Numbered from the stretch's first letter, positions 1 through 9,425 are shown. The stretch: DNA of 15,692 nt from a virus (IMGVR_UViG_2778261417_000005:1-15692); one strand, 5' to 3'. Notes: a model not told the origin generated them from the sequence alone. Numbers and translations are program-made.

Positions 1-77
1 AACTGATGGAGATGGAAGCCACGGGAGCACCTCAAAAACACCATCATACACTAAATCAGTAAGTTGGCACCATTACC
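1..77 (-). mobile_element. IS1-family insertion sequence, terminal 77 bp (IRL-type end plus first codons of insA); body lies beyond the window start
   Basis: Reverse complement of 1-77 is GGTAATGGTGCCAACTTACTGATTTAGTGTATGATGGTGTTTTTGAGGTGCTC..., matching the IS1 left inverted repeat and leader with a few substitutions. An insA-like start (GTG GCT TCC ATC TCC ATC AGT, V/M-A-S-I-S-I-S) runs leftward from position 22. Confidence 0.8.
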
Positions 78-378
78 TTATTTCTTCGCTTCCGGTAGTG
101 CCTATATCGTTGCTATGTTACCGGTATTTGCCATGCTGGCGAACGTCTCCGGCGCACCGTTAATGTTAACCGCGCTGGCACTGTTGTTCTCCAACTCCTA
201 TGGCGGCATGGTTACTCACTATGGCGGCGCGGCAGGTCCGGTCATCTTTGGCGTGGGTTATAACGATATTAAATCCTGGTGGTTGGTCGGTGCGGTACTG
301 ACGATATTAACCTTCCTGGTGCATATCACCCTCGGCGTGTGGTGGTGGAATATGCTGATCGGCTGGAACATGCTGTAA
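78..378 (+). pseudogene. ybhI: 3' fragment of a DASS-family (CitT-like) anion transporter gene, 5' part displaced by IS1
   Basis: Open frame to TAA at 376-378 encodes about 100 aa of hydrophobic helices (…SGSAYIVAMLPVFAMLANVSGAPLMLTALALLF…WWWNMLIGWNML). It has no credible start: the tracked TTG at 64 lies inside the IS1 inverted repeat. Position upstream of ybhJ matches K-12 gene order as recalled. Confidence 0.6.
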
Positions 379-560
379 ATATACTCGTCATACTTCAAGT
401 TGCATGTGCTGCGTTTGCGTTCGCTCACCCCAGTCACTTACTTATGTAAGCTCCTGGGGATTCACTCACTTGTCGCCTTCCTGCAACTCGAATTATTTAG
501 AGTATATCCATTTATTATCTTTCTGCGCACTTCACGGTGCGCAGATATCTGGAGCATTTG

Positions 561-2822
561 ATGATCAAGTTATCTGAAAAAGGCGTGTTTCTCGCCAGTA
601 ATAACGAAATAATTGCCGAAGAACATTTCACCGGCGAAATTAAAAAAGAAGAAGCCAAAAAAGGCACTATTGCCTGGTCTATTCTCTCTTCTCATAATAC
701 GTCCGGAAATATGGATAAACTTAAAATTAAGTTTGATTCATTAGCCTCTCACGATATTACCTTTGTTGGTATTGTACAGACCGCTAAAGCGTCCGGAATG
801 GAACGTTTCCCGCTGCCGTATGTGCTGACCAACTGCCATAACTCACTCTGCGCCGTCGGCGGCACCATTAACGGTGATGACCATGTTTTTGGTTTATCGG
901 CAGCTCAGCGTTATGGCGGTATTTTTGTGCCTCCGCATATTGCGGTCATCCATCAATATATGCGTGAGATGATGGCAGGCGGCGGCAAAATGATCCTCGG
1001 GTCAGACAGCCACACCCGTTACGGTGCATTAGGGACAATGGCAGTCGGTGAGGGCGGCGGTGAGTTGGTAAAACAGCTGCTTAATGACACCTGGGATATC
1101 GACTATCCGGGAGTTGTTGCGGTGCATCTGACCGGAAAACCAGCGCCGTATGTGGGGCCGCAGGATGTGGCGCTGGCTATCATCGGTGCCGTGTTCAAAA
1201 ACGGCTACGTCAAAAACAAAGTGATGGAATTCGTAGGTCCCGGTGTTGCTGCGCTCTCTACCGATTTCCGTAACAGCGTTGACGTTATGACCACTGAAAC
1301 GACCTGTTTAAGTTCTGTCTGGCAAACCGATGAAGAAGTCCATAACTGGCTGGCGCTGCACGGTCGCGGCCAGGATTACTGCCAGCTTAACCCTCAACCG
1401 ATGGCGTACTACGATGGCTGCATCAGCGTTGATTTAAGCGCCATCAAACCAATGATTGCGCTGCCGTTCCACCCGAGCAACGTGTATGAAATCGACACAC
1501 TGAACCAGAACCTGACCGACATTCTGCGTGAGATTGAAATTGAGTCCGAACGCGTGGCGCACGGTAAAGCCAAACTCTCGCTGCTGGATAAAGTGGAAAA
1601 TGGTCGCCTGAAAGTGCAGCAGGGGATTATCGCGGGCTGTTCTGGCGGTAACTACGAAAACGTCATCGCGGCGGCGAATGCACTGCGCGGTCAATCCTGT
1701 GGCAATGACACCTTCTCGCTGGCAGTTTACCCGTCATCACAGCCGGTGTTTATGGATCTCGCCAAAAAAGGTGTGGTAGCAGATTTGATTGGCGCAGGCG
1801 CAATCATCAGAACCGCGTTCTGCGGCCCATGCTTTGGCGCGGGCGATACGCCAATCAACAACGGATTAAGTATTCGCCACACCACGCGCAACTTCCCGAA
1901 CCGCGAAGGCTCTAAGCCAGCTAATGGGCAGATGTCAGCGGTGGCGTTGATGGACGCTCGTTCTATCGCTGCGACTGCGGCAAACGGTGGCTATTTAACC
2001 TCTGCCAGCGAACTTGATTGCTGGGACAACGTGCCGGAGTACGCCTTCGATGTAACGCCGTATAAAAACCGTGTTTATCAGGGCTTTGTGAAAGGGGCAA
2101 CTCAGCAACCGCTGATTTACGGACCGAACATTAAAGACTGGCCGGAATTGGGTGCGCTGACTGACAATATCGTCCTGAAAGTGTGCTCGAAGATCCTCGA
2201 CGAAGTGACCACCACCGACGAACTGATTCCTTCCGGTGAAACCTCTTCTTATCGTTCAAATCCGATTGGTCTGGCGGAGTTTACCCTGTCACGCCGCGAT
2301 CCCGGTTATGTTGGCAGAAGTAAAGCGACTGCTGAGCTGGAAAATCAGCGTCTGGCGGGGAATGTCAGCGAGCTGACAGAGGTGTTTGCGCGCATTAAGC
2401 AGATTGCTGGTCAGGAGCATATTGATCCGCTGCAAACTGAAATTGGCAGCATGGTATATGCGGTGAAACCAGGCGATGGTTCTGCGCGTGAACAGGCGGC
2501 GAGCTGCCAGCGTGTGATTGGCGGTCTGGCGAATATTGCCGAAGAGTACGCGACTAAACGCTACCGTTCTAACGTCATCAACTGGGGGATGTTACCGCTG
2601 CAGATGGCGGAAGTGCCAACCTTTGAAGTGGGGGATTACATTTACATCCCTGGCATTAAAGCGGCGCTGGATAATCCGGGTACGACGTTTAAAGGTTATG
2701 TGATCCATGAAGATGCGCCGGTAACGGAAATTACGCTCTATATGGAAAGTCTGACTGCTGAAGAGCGCGAGATTATCAAGGCGGGTAGTTTGATTAACTT
2801 CAATAAAAACCGTCAGATGTAA
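561..2822 (+). CDS. ybhJ: Aconitase-family protein (putative hydratase), 753 aa from the ATG at 561
   Basis: Long ORF (tracked from GTG 537). ATG at 561 has GGAG at 551-554, 6 nt upstream, giving MIKLSEKG… Translation carries aconitase-like Gly-rich and Cys-containing motifs ([26 protein letters not shown]). Confidence 0.9.
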   Translation: MIKLSEKGVFLASNNEIIAEEHFTGEIKKEEAKKGTIAWSILSSHNTSGNMDKLKIKFDSLASHDITFVGIVQTAKASGMERFPLPYVLTNCHNSLCAVGGTINGDDHVFGLSAAQRYGGIFVPPHIAVIHQYMREMMAGGGKMILGSDSHTRYGALGTMAVGEGGGELVKQLLNDTWDIDYPGVVAVHLTGKPAPYVGPQDVALAIIGAVFKNGYVKNKVMEFVGPGVAALSTDFRNSVDVMTTETTCLSSVWQTDEEVHNWLALHGRGQDYCQLNPQPMAYYDGCISVDLSAIKPMIALPFHPSNVYEIDTLNQNLTDILREIEIESERVAHGKAKLSLLDKVENGRLKVQQGIIAGCSGGNYENVIAAANALRGQSCGNDTFSLAVYPSSQPVFMDLAKKGVVADLIGAGAIIRTAFCGPCFGAGDTPINNGLSIRHTTRNFPNREGSKPANGQMSAVALMDARSIAATAANGGYLTSASELDCWDNVPEYAFDVTPYKNRVYQGFVKGATQQPLIYGPNIKDWPELGALTDNIVLKVCSKILDEVTTTDELIPSGETSSYRSNPIGLAEFTLSRRDPGYVGRSKATAELENQRLAGNVSELTEVFARIKQIAGQEHIDPLQTEIGSMVYAVKPGDGSAREQAASCQRVIGGLANIAEEYATKRYRSNVINWGMLPLQMAEVPTFEVGDYIYIPGIKAALDNPGTTFKGYVIHEDAPVTEITLYMESLTAEEREIIKAGSLINFNKNRQM

Positions 2823-2845
2823 AAAGCGCCATGTGAATGTAGGTC

Positions 2846-3040
<195 letters not shown>

Positions 3041-3055
3041 AATAGTTAATTGCTC

Positions 3056-4339
3056 TTACTTCTTCGCCTCTGCAACCACTTTACTACCCACGCCGCGGTT
3101 ATTGTATTCCCACATGCGGTTGTAGTTAGTGTCATTCAGATTGCGCTGTATTTCGTCGTTATCATCTACGCTGCCGGTATTACCCGCAAACGGACGATTA
3201 GAGATCACCGCATCGGCCCACGGTTTAGCCGTGTTAAAACCTTCGTTGATGGCGCTATCACGGATCACCACCTGACCGTTGGTATTGGCATCAACATCCA
3301 GCGAGCGGCCCAGTTGCGCCACACCATCACCGAAAGCATTGAAACGGCTGTTTACGGCGAGGAAACCGTAGTAAATGTTGGACAGCGTAGCCGGTGCAAA
3401 CACATACGCTTCTTGCTGAGTACGTGAGTTCACCACGCGGAATTCGGTGTTATCGAACACCACTGCGCCGCGACCAGAAACGATATCCACATCCCCTTCA
3501 ATGTAGCTGTTGGTCACCAGCGTACGCGGCTGACGATTCGTTTCCAGACGGTTCTGCACACCGCTGTTGGTGACAAAGAAGGTGTTCTGACGACCGAGAA
3601 TGTTAACGTTGTTAATCTGTACCTGGTCACCATCAGTACGCAGTGCCACCGCCGGATGGTTACCTGCATCTACGCTATCGCCCAGCGTGTTTTCGATGGT
3701 CAGATTTTGCAGTTGCAGGCCATTGTTTTGTGACCAGAAGACCGCAGAGCAGAGAACACCGATACTGTCGCTGCGTTTGCTCTGGCAGCTATCGTACATA
3801 TACCACGCTGGTTTACCTGGCATATATTTGCCGCGCGGGTTGACGTCGTGACGCCAGTCGGCAGGGCTCATGCCACCATCAAGGGAAAGCCCAATCTTCA
3901 CATCAATCGGTTTTTCACCTGTACCGTACAGAGTAATTCCACCCGGAGCGGCAGGGACATATACCGTTCCCTGATACTCACCAGGCATCACGGCAATATA
4001 CTGGCGCTTGTTGGTACGCTTGATAATTGCCGCATCTACCGCCGCCTGAATCGTGGTATGCGTTACACCTTGAGTGCCCGCCGGGCCGACAACAAAGTCA
4101 GGTTGCGCAGGCAGGGTAATCGGGGAAGGATTCCACGCTGCAGCACCTGGTGTCAGGGATGCAAAATAGTGTTGAGCATCGAAATTCTGCGCTTCTTTTG
4201 CCGACAGAATCGGGCGAGAAGAGGTACCAGGCGCGGTTTGATCAGAAGGACGTTGATCGGGCGGGGTTGAGCTACAGGCGGTCAGCGTCACGCCAAAAGC
4301 CAATGCCAGCGCCAGACGGGAAACTGAAAATGTGTTCAC
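3056..4339 (-). CDS. ybhC: Outer-membrane lipoprotein, pectinesterase-like family, 427 aa
   Basis: 427-aa ORF with lipoprotein signal MNTFSVSRLALALAFGVTLTAC (lipobox LTAC), GTG start at 4339. Sits immediately chromosome-side of the att core, as for K-12 ybhC. Confidence 0.9.
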   Translation of the reverse strand: MNTFSVSRLALALAFGVTLTACSSTPPDQRPSDQTAPGTSSRPILSAKEAQNFDAQHYFASLTPGAAAWNPSPITLPAQPDFVVGPAGTQGVTHTTIQAAVDAAIIKRTNKRQYIAVMPGEYQGTVYVPAAPGGITLYGTGEKPIDVKIGLSLDGGMSPADWRHDVNPRGKYMPGKPAWYMYDSCQSKRSDSIGVLCSAVFWSQNNGLQLQNLTIENTLGDSVDAGNHPAVALRTDGDQVQINNVNILGRQNTFFVTNSGVQNRLETNRQPRTLVTNSYIEGDVDIVSGRGAVVFDNTEFRVVNSRTQQEAYVFAPATLSNIYYGFLAVNSRFNAFGDGVAQLGRSLDVDANTNGQVVIRDSAINEGFNTAKPWADAVISNRPFAGNTGSVDDNDEIQRNLNDTNYNRMWEYNNRGVGSKVVAEAKK

Positions 4340-4385
4340 AGGTTGCTCCGGGCTATGAAATAGAAAAATGAATCCGTTGAAGCCT

Positions 4386-4473
4386 GCTTTTTTATACTAA
4401 GTTGGCATTATAAAAAAGCATTGCTTATCAATTTGTTGCAACGAACAGGTCACTATCAGTCAAAATAAAATCA
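4386..4473. other. Prophage attachment site attL: lambda 15-bp core plus P' arm
   Basis: Core GCTTTTTTATACTAA at 4386-4400, preceded by attB-type host arm (…TTGAAGCCTGC) and followed by GTTGGCATTATAAAAAAGCATTGCTTATCAATTTGTTGCAACGAACAGGTCACTATCAGTCAAAATAAAATCATTATTTG, recognised as the lambda P' arm. It abuts the int stop at 4474. Confidence 0.9.
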
Positions 4474-5544
4474 TTATTTGATTTCAATTTTGTCCCACTC
4501 CCTGCCTCTGTCATCACGATACTGTGATGCCATGGTGTCCGACTTATGCCCGAGAAGATGTTGAGCAAATTTATCGCTTATCTGCTTCTCATAGAGTCTT
4601 GCAGACAAACTGCGCAACTCGTGAAAGGTTGGCGGATCCCCTTCGAAGGAGAGACCTGATGCTTTTCGTGCGCGCATAAAATACCTTGATACTGTGCCGG
4701 ATGAAAGCGGTTCACGACGAGTAGATGCAATTATGGTTTCTCCGCCAAGAATCTTTTTGCATTTATCAAGTGTTTCCTTCATTGATATCCCGAGAGCATC
4801 AACATGCAATGTTGTTGGGATGGCAATTTTTACGCCTGTTTTGCTTTGCTCGACATAAAGATATCCATCTACGATATCAGACCACTTCATTTCGCATAAA
4901 TCACCAACTCGCTGCCCGGTAACAACAGCCAGTTCCATTGCAAGTCTAAGCCAACATGGTGATGATTCTGCTGCTTGATAAATTTTCAGGTATTCGTCAG
5001 CCGTAAGTCTTGATCTCCTTACCTCTGATTTTGCAGCGCGAGTGGCTGCGACCGGGTTTGTTGTTATATGGCCTTCAGCTATAGCCTCTCGGAATGCATC
5101 GCTCAGTGTTGATCTGATTAACTTGGCTGATGCCGCCTTGCCCTCGTCTATGTATCCATTGAGCATTGCCGCAATTTCTTTTGTGGTGATGTCTTCAAGT
5201 GGAGCATCAGGCAGACCCCTCCTTATTGCTTTAATTTTGCTCATGTAATTTATGAGTGTCTTCTGCTTGATTCCTCTGCTGGCCAGGATTTTTTCGTAGC
5301 GATCAAGCCATGAATGTAACGTAACGGAATTATCACTGTTGATTCTCGCTGTCAGAGGCTTGTGTTTGTGTCCTGAAAATAACTCAATGTTGGCCTGTAT
5401 AGCTTCAGTGATTGCGATTCGCCTGTCTCGGCCTAATCCAAACTCTTTACCCGTCCTTGGGTCCCTGTAGCAGTAATATCCATTGTTTCTTATATAAAGG
5501 TTAGGGGGTAAATCCCGGCGCTCATGACTTCGCCTTCTTCCCAT
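4474..5544 (-). CDS. int: Lambda-type tyrosine integrase, 356 aa
   Basis: 356-aa ORF starting MGRRRSHERRDLPPNLYIRNNGYYCYRDPRTGKEFGLGRD…, matching lambda Int in sequence and length as recalled, with a conserved C-terminal catalytic region (…HELRSLSARLY…LLGHKSDTMASQYRDD). Adjacent to attL. Confidence 0.95.
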   Translation of the reverse strand: MGRRRSHERRDLPPNLYIRNNGYYCYRDPRTGKEFGLGRDRRIAITEAIQANIELFSGHKHKPLTARINSDNSVTLHSWLDRYEKILASRGIKQKTLINYMSKIKAIRRGLPDAPLEDITTKEIAAMLNGYIDEGKAASAKLIRSTLSDAFREAIAEGHITTNPVAATRAAKSEVRRSRLTADEYLKIYQAAESSPCWLRLAMELAVVTGQRVGDLCEMKWSDIVDGYLYVEQSKTGVKIAIPTTLHVDALGISMKETLDKCKKILGGETIIASTRREPLSSGTVSRYFMRARKASGLSFEGDPPTFHELRSLSARLYEKQISDKFAQHLLGHKSDTMASQYRDDRGREWDKIEIK

Positions 5545-5740
5545 TTCTGATCCTCTTCAAAAGGCTACCTGTTACTGGTCGATTTAAGTCAACCTTTACC
5601 GCTGATTCGTGGAACAGATACTCTCTTCCATCCTTAACCGGAGGAGGGAATATCCTGCACTCGCGTACCCATCGACGAACTGTTTCAAGGCTTCTTGGGC
5701 GTCGCTGGCGTGCGTTCCACTCCTGAAGTGTCAAGTACAT
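5522..5740 (-). CDS. xis: Excisionase, 72 aa
   Basis: 72-aa ORF MYLTLQEWNARQRRPRSLETVRRWVRECRIFPPPVKDGREYLFHESAVKVDLNRP…, matching lambda Xis as recalled. Its 3' end overlaps the int start by 23 nt. Confidence 0.9.
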   Translation of the reverse strand: MYLTLQEWNARQRRPRSLETVRRWVRECRIFPPPVKDGREYLFHESAVKVDLNRPVTGSLLKRIRNGKKAKS

Positions 5741-5765
5741 CGCAAAGTCTCCGCAATTACACGCA

Positions 5766-5786
5766 AGAAAAAACCGCCATCAGGCG
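5766..5786 (-). terminator. Putative intrinsic terminator (minus strand) just upstream of xis
   Basis: GC-only 5-bp stem CCGCC (5773-5777) / GGCGG (5782-5786) with loop ATCA. On the minus strand it is followed by a six-U tract (plus-strand A-run 5766-5772). Short stem, so tentative. Confidence 0.4.
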
Positions 5787-5947
5787 GCTTGGTGTTCTTT
5801 CAGTTCTTCAATTCGAATATTGGTTACGTCTGCATGTGCTATCTGCGCCCACAGCATCCAGTGGTCATAGCAGTCGCTGATGTTCTCGGCTTCGATAACT
5901 CTGTTGAATGGTTCTCCATTCCATTCACCTGTGACTCGGAAGTGCAT
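5779..5947 (-). CDS. Small hypothetical phage protein, 55 aa
   Basis: Hand translation of the minus strand from ATG (plus 5945-5947) to TGA (plus 5779-5781): MHFRVTGEWNGEPFNRVIEAENISDCYDHWMLWAQIAHADVTNIRIEELKEHQAA. Not in the ORF track (under the length cutoff). Its stop lies inside the hairpin above. Confidence 0.45.
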
Positions 5948-6189
5948 TTATCATCTCCATAAAACAAAACCCGCCGTAGCGAGTTCAGATAAAAGAAATC
6001 CTCGTCAGTGCGAGGATGCTGTTCATTGCTGCTATACACTTTTTTGCTCTCAACGTAAGCGGTAGCCCATTCTGTTGGGTTGGTGCAGTTGCTTTTAGGA
6101 AATGCTATTTACCCCTTAAATGTCGGCTGAAAGAGCTAAAATCCATGCAAAAAATTTACGCAATTTTGTGTATTATTGTGCAGTAAGTA

Positions 6190-6792
6190 ATGAGCTATTT
6201 TCTGCGCAAAAAATGGATGGTAAATTTGTCCGGGTCAGGAAAAATTTTATGGGCGCTAAACATGAAAAAAGATTCGTATCCTTATTTGATTTGCATGACA
6301 GTTTCAGGGCTGATCTTTATTTTCCTTTTCTTCTGGTGGCGGGCAGATATCTACAGGGTCACGTTTCTTAATCAGAGTATATCCCACTATTACATTCTGT
6401 TTAGCATGGGAATAGCTTTTCTGTTATCTCTGTTTTGGGTTAAGAAGGGGATAGTAAAACAAAGCGGCTGGAAGAGTCTGTCAGCATACCTTAAGGTTTA
6501 TGCAGGGATGTGCATATTTGCTGGATTTTTTCTGATTATACCCCTTACGACACTAACTTATTTTTTGCCTGGAGAGACATCGTCTTATGTTGCACCGTAT
6601 CGGTATACTTCCGGTAGTTCAAAAAGTTGTTCTGGAGCTGAGGTGGATGACCCCGATCTACATGAGAATATTCGCATTTGCTATCCGTATGGCAATTATG
6701 AGTACGATAATATTATCTATGTTGAAAAGAAAATTAATATATTAGGTGCGGTAGTGACATATGCACAGACCGCGCGTGATGATACTGAATGA
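6190..6792 (+). CDS. Hypothetical integral membrane protein (3 predicted TM helices plus about 75-aa C-terminal domain), 200 aa; AT-rich accessory gene
   Basis: Only plus-strand ORF inside a minus-strand operon. Hydrophobic stretches YLICMTVSGLIFIFLFFWW, YYILFSMGIAFLLSLFWV and VYAGMCIFAGFFLIIPLTTLTYFL. Visibly AT-rich codon usage. Start uncertain (ATG 6190, 6217 or 6262; none has a strong Shine-Dalgarno). Confidence 0.6.
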   Translation: MSYFLRKKWMVNLSGSGKILWALNMKKDSYPYLICMTVSGLIFIFLFFWWRADIYRVTFLNQSISHYYILFSMGIAFLLSLFWVKKGIVKQSGWKSLSAYLKVYAGMCIFAGFFLIIPLTTLTYFLPGETSSYVAPYRYTSGSSKSCSGAEVDDPDLHENIRICYPYGNYEYDNIIYVEKKINILGAVVTYAQTARDDTE

Positions 6793-6826
6793 TATAGTAT
6801 ATAGCGGGCAAGTTTTAGTTAATTTA

Positions 6827-6850
6827 TCGAGGTAATATAATTTACCTCGA
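6827..6850 (+). terminator. Candidate terminator hairpin downstream of the membrane-protein gene
   Basis: Perfect 9-bp stem TCGAGGTAA (6827-6835) / TTACCTCGA (6842-6850), loop TATAAT. The downstream tract ACTCGTTTGTTCT is only moderately U-rich. Confidence 0.35.
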
Positions 6851-7002
6851 CTCGTTTGTTCTGGTATTAATATTTCGCTTTACGACCGATTTTTATCTGA
6901 TGATATCATGCGGTTTTCATATACTGACTTACTGTCTTTTCTCCGTTAGCGATTTTCTCCTGCTCAGCGATGATTTTATCTTTGGCTTCTAGTTAATTTC
7001 GC

Positions 7003-7224
7003 TCACTTCGAACCTCTCTGTTTACTGATAAGCTCCAGATCTTGCTGGCAACTGGCACAAGTCCGACAACCCTGAACGGCCAGTCGTCTTCGTTCATCTA
7101 TCGGATCGCCACACTCACAACAATGAGTGGCAGATATAGCCTGGTGGTTCAGGCGGCGCATTTTTATTGCTGTGTTGCGCTGTAATTCTTCAATTTCTGA
7201 TGCTGAATCAATTATGTCTGCCAT
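7003..7224 (-). CDS. DksA/TraR-family C4 zinc-finger protein (lambda Orf73-like), 73 aa
   Basis: 73 aa with paired Cys motifs HCCECGDPIDERRRLAVQGCRTCASC, the CxxC…CxxC layout and CE-CG-PI-RR signature of TraR/DksA-type RNA-polymerase-binding proteins. Confidence 0.8.
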   Translation of the reverse strand: MADIIDSASEIEELQRNTAIKMRRLNHQAISATHCCECGDPIDERRRLAVQGCRTCASCQQDLELISKQRGSK

Positions 7225-7285
7225 CTTTCATTAATCCCTGAATTGTTGGTTAATACGCTTGAGGGTGAATGCGAATAATAAAAAA

Positions 7286-7300
7286 GGAGCCTGTAGCTCC
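7286..7300 (-). terminator. Candidate intrinsic terminator (minus strand)
   Basis: Stem GGAGC (7286-7290) / GCTCC (7296-7300), loop CTGTA. On the minus strand it is followed by U-rich tract TTTTTTATTATT (plus A-run 7274-7285). Confidence 0.4.
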
Positions 7301-7322
7301 CTGATGATTTTGCTTTTCATGT

Positions 7323-7604
7323 TCACCGTTCCTTAAAGACGCCGTTCAACATGCCGATCGCCAGGCTTAAATGAGTCGGTGTGAATCCCATCAGCGTTAC
7401 CGTTTCGCGGTGCTTCTTTAGTACGCTACGGCAAATGTCATCGACGTTTTTATCCGGAAACTGCTGTCTGGCTTTTTTGATTTCAGAATTAGCCTGACGG
7501 GCAATGCTGCGAAGGGCGTTTTCTTGCTGAGGTGTCATTGAACAAGCCCCATGTCGGCAAGCATAAGCACACAGAATATGAAGCCCGCTGCCAGAAAAAT
7601 GCAT
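7323..7604 (-). CDS. Hypothetical small phage protein with N-terminal Cys/His cluster, 93 aa (start uncertain; internal Met at 7538 would give 71 aa)
   Basis: ORF MHFSGSGLHILCAYACRHGACSMTPQQENALRSIARQANSEIKK… with C-x3-C-x-H-x2-C near the N-terminus. Its length equals lambda ea8.5 (93 aa, from memory) but identity is not verified. No clear Shine-Dalgarno at either start. Confidence 0.5.
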   Translation of the reverse strand: MHFSGSGLHILCAYACRHGACSMTPQQENALRSIARQANSEIKKARQQFPDKNVDDICRSVLKKHRETVTLMGFTPTHLSLAIGMLNGVFKER

Positions 7605-7614
7605 TCAGTGGTTG

Positions 7615-7806
7615 TCATACCTGGTCTCTCTCATCTGCTTCTGCTTTCGCCACCATCATTTCCAGCTTTTGTGAAAGGGATGCGGCTAACGTATGAAATT
7701 CTTCGTCTGTTTCTACTGGTATTGGCACAAACCTGACTCCAATTTGAGCGAGGCTATGTGCCATCTCGATACTCGTTCTTAACTCAACGGGAGATGCTTT
7801 GTGCAT
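7615..7806 (-). CDS. Small delta-region protein, 63 aa (lambda orf63-like by size and position)
   Basis: 63-aa [66 protein letters not shown]. It overlaps the next gene by 28 nt, the arrangement recalled for lambda orf63/orf60a. Confidence 0.55.
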   Translation of the reverse strand: MHKASPVELRTSIEMAHSLAQIGVRFVPIPVETDEEFHTLAASLSQKLEMMVAKAEADERDQV

Positions 7807-7961
7807 ACAGCTCCCCGTTTATTATTTATCTCCTCAGCCAGCCGCTGTGCTTTCAGGGGATTTCTGATAACAGAAAGGCCGGGAAATACCCAGCCTCGCT
7901 TTGTAATGGAGTAGACGAAAGTGATCGCGCCTACCCGGATATTATCGTGAGGATGCGTCAT
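7779..7961 (-). CDS. Small delta-region protein, 60 aa (lambda orf60a-like)
   Basis: ATG at 7959-7961 overlaps the exo stop (7958-7960) in ATGA fashion and gives a 60-aa product [24 protein letters not shown]… The track's 7967 start adds two codons. Confidence 0.5.
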   Translation of the reverse strand: MTHPHDNIRVGAITFVYSITKRGWVFPGLSVIRNPLKAQRLAEEINNKRGAVCTKHLPLS

Positions 7962-8638
7962 CGCCATTGCTCCCCAAATACAAAACCAATTTCAGCCAGT
8001 GCCTCGTCCATTTTTTCGATGAACTCCGGCACCATCTCGTCAAAACTCGCCATGTAATTTTCATCCCGCTCAACCACGACATAATGCAGGCCTTCACGCT
8101 TCATTCGTGGGTCATAGTTGGCAAAGTACCAGGCATCTTTTCGCGTCACCCACATGCTGTACTGCACCTGGGCCATGTAAGCCGACTTTATGGCCTCGAA
8201 ACCACCGAGCCGGAATTTCATGAAATCCCGGGAGGTAAACGGGCATTTCAGTTCAAGGCCGTTGCCGTCACTGCATAAACCATCGGGAGAGCAGGCGGTG
8301 CGCATACTTTCGTCGCGATAGATGATCGGGGATTCAGTAACATTCACGCCGGAAGTAAACTCAAACAGGGCTCTGGCGTCGTTCTCGTACTGTTTTCCCC
8401 AGGCCAGCGCCTTAGCATTAACTTCCGGAGCCACACCGGTGCAAACCTCAGCCAGCAGGGTGTGGAAGTAGGACATTTTCATGTCAGGCCACTTCTTTCC
8501 TGAGCGGGGCTTTGCTATCACGTTGTGAACTTCTGAAGCGGTGATGACGCCGAGCCGTAATTTGTGCCATGCATCATCCCCCTGTTCGACAGCTCTCACG
8601 TCGATCCCGGTACGCTGCAGGATAATGTCCGGTGTCAT
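7958..8638 (-). CDS. exo: Lambda-type 5'-3' exonuclease (Red alpha), 226 aa
   Basis: 226-aa [68 protein letters not shown]…, matching lambda Exo as recalled. 4-nt overlap with bet upstream. Confidence 0.95.
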   Translation of the reverse strand: MTPDIILQRTGIDVRAVEQGDDAWHKLRLGVITASEVHNVIAKPRSGKKWPDMKMSYFHTLLAEVCTGVAPEVNAKALAWGKQYENDARALFEFTSGVNVTESPIIYRDESMRTACSPDGLCSDGNGLELKCPFTSRDFMKFRLGGFEAIKSAYMAQVQYSMWVTRKDAWYFANYDPRMKREGLHYVVVERDENYMASFDEMVPEFIEKMDEALAEIGFVFGEQWR

Positions 8639-9420
8639 GCTGCCACCTTCTGCTCAGTGGCTTTCTGTTTCAGGAATCCAAGAGCTTTCACTGCTTCGGC
8701 CTGTGTCAGTTCTGACGATGCGCGAATGTCGCGGCGAAATATCTGGGAACAGAGCGGCAATAAGTCGTCATCCCATGTTTTATCCAGGGCGATCAGCAGA
8801 GTGTTAATCTCCTGCATGGTTTCATCGTTAACCGGAGTGATGTCGCGTTCCGGCTGACGTTCTGCAGTGTATGCGGTATTTTCGACAATGCGCTCGGCTT
8901 CATCCTTGTCATAGATACCAGCAAATCCGAAGGCCAGACGGGCACACTGAATCATGGCTTTATGACGTAACATCCGTTTGGGATGCGACTGCCACGGTCC
9001 GGTGATTTCTCTGCCTTCGCGGGTTTTGAATGGTTCGCGGCGGCATTCATCCATCCACTCGGTAACGCAGATCGGATGATTGCGGTCCTTGCGGTAAATC
9101 CGGCATGTGCAGGATTCATTGTCCTGCTCAAAGTCCATACCATCAAACTGCTGGTTTTCATTGATGATGCGGGACCAGCCATCAACGCCCACCACCGGAA
9201 CGATGCCGTTCTGCTTATCAGGGAAGGCGTAAATTTCTTTCGTCCACGGATTAAGGCCGTACTGGTTGGCGACGATCAGCAATGCGATGAACTGCGCATC
9301 GCTGGCATCGCCTTTAAATGCCGTCTGGCGAAGAGTGGTGATCAGTTCCTGTGGGTCGACAGAATCCATGCCGACACGTTCAGCCAGCTTCCCAGCCAGC
9401 GTTGCGAGTGCTGTACTCAT
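8635..9420 (-). CDS. bet: Single-strand annealing protein Beta (Red beta), 261 aa
   Basis: 261-aa [69 protein letters not shown]…, matching lambda Bet as recalled. Confidence 0.95.
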   Translation of the reverse strand: MSTALATLAGKLAERVGMDSVDPQELITTLRQTAFKGDASDAQFIALLIVANQYGLNPWTKEIYAFPDKQNGIVPVVGVDGWSRIINENQQFDGMDFEQDNESCTCRIYRKDRNHPICVTEWMDECRREPFKTREGREITGPWQSHPKRMLRHKAMIQCARLAFGFAGIYDKDEAERIVENTAYTAERQPERDITPVNDETMQEINTLLIALDKTWDDDLLPLCSQIFRRDIRASSELTQAEAVKALGFLKQKATEQKVAA

Positions 9421-9425
9421 CCGTT

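Noticed and set aside
1434-2703. Short ORFs (86 aa minus, 61 aa plus) inside ybhJ
   Set aside because: Embedded in or antisense to a long, well-supported gene; typical shadow ORFs.
3050-4371. Plus-strand ORFs (125, 83, 66, 140, 73 aa) across the ybhC locus
   Set aside because: All antisense to the 427-aa lipoprotein gene; Arg-rich, low-complexity translations typical of reverse frames of GC-rich coding DNA.
4380-4480. tRNA gene at the prophage attachment site
   Set aside because: The att core lies in the ybhC-int intergenic region and shows lambda attB/attP arm sequences; no tRNA-like structure was noticed (not checked with tRNAscan).
5609-6065. Tracked ORFs 5609-5962 (+), 5695-5880 (+), 5839-6039 (-), 5880-6065 (+)
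   Set aside because: These overlap xis or the 55-aa ORF in other frames. The 5839-6039 minus ORF is out of frame with the better-supported 55-aa reading that ends at the terminator hairpin.
6120-6371. 83-aa plus-strand ORF overlapping the start of the membrane-protein gene
   Set aside because: Different frame, no hydrophobic continuity with the downstream 3-TM protein, and it ends inside that gene.
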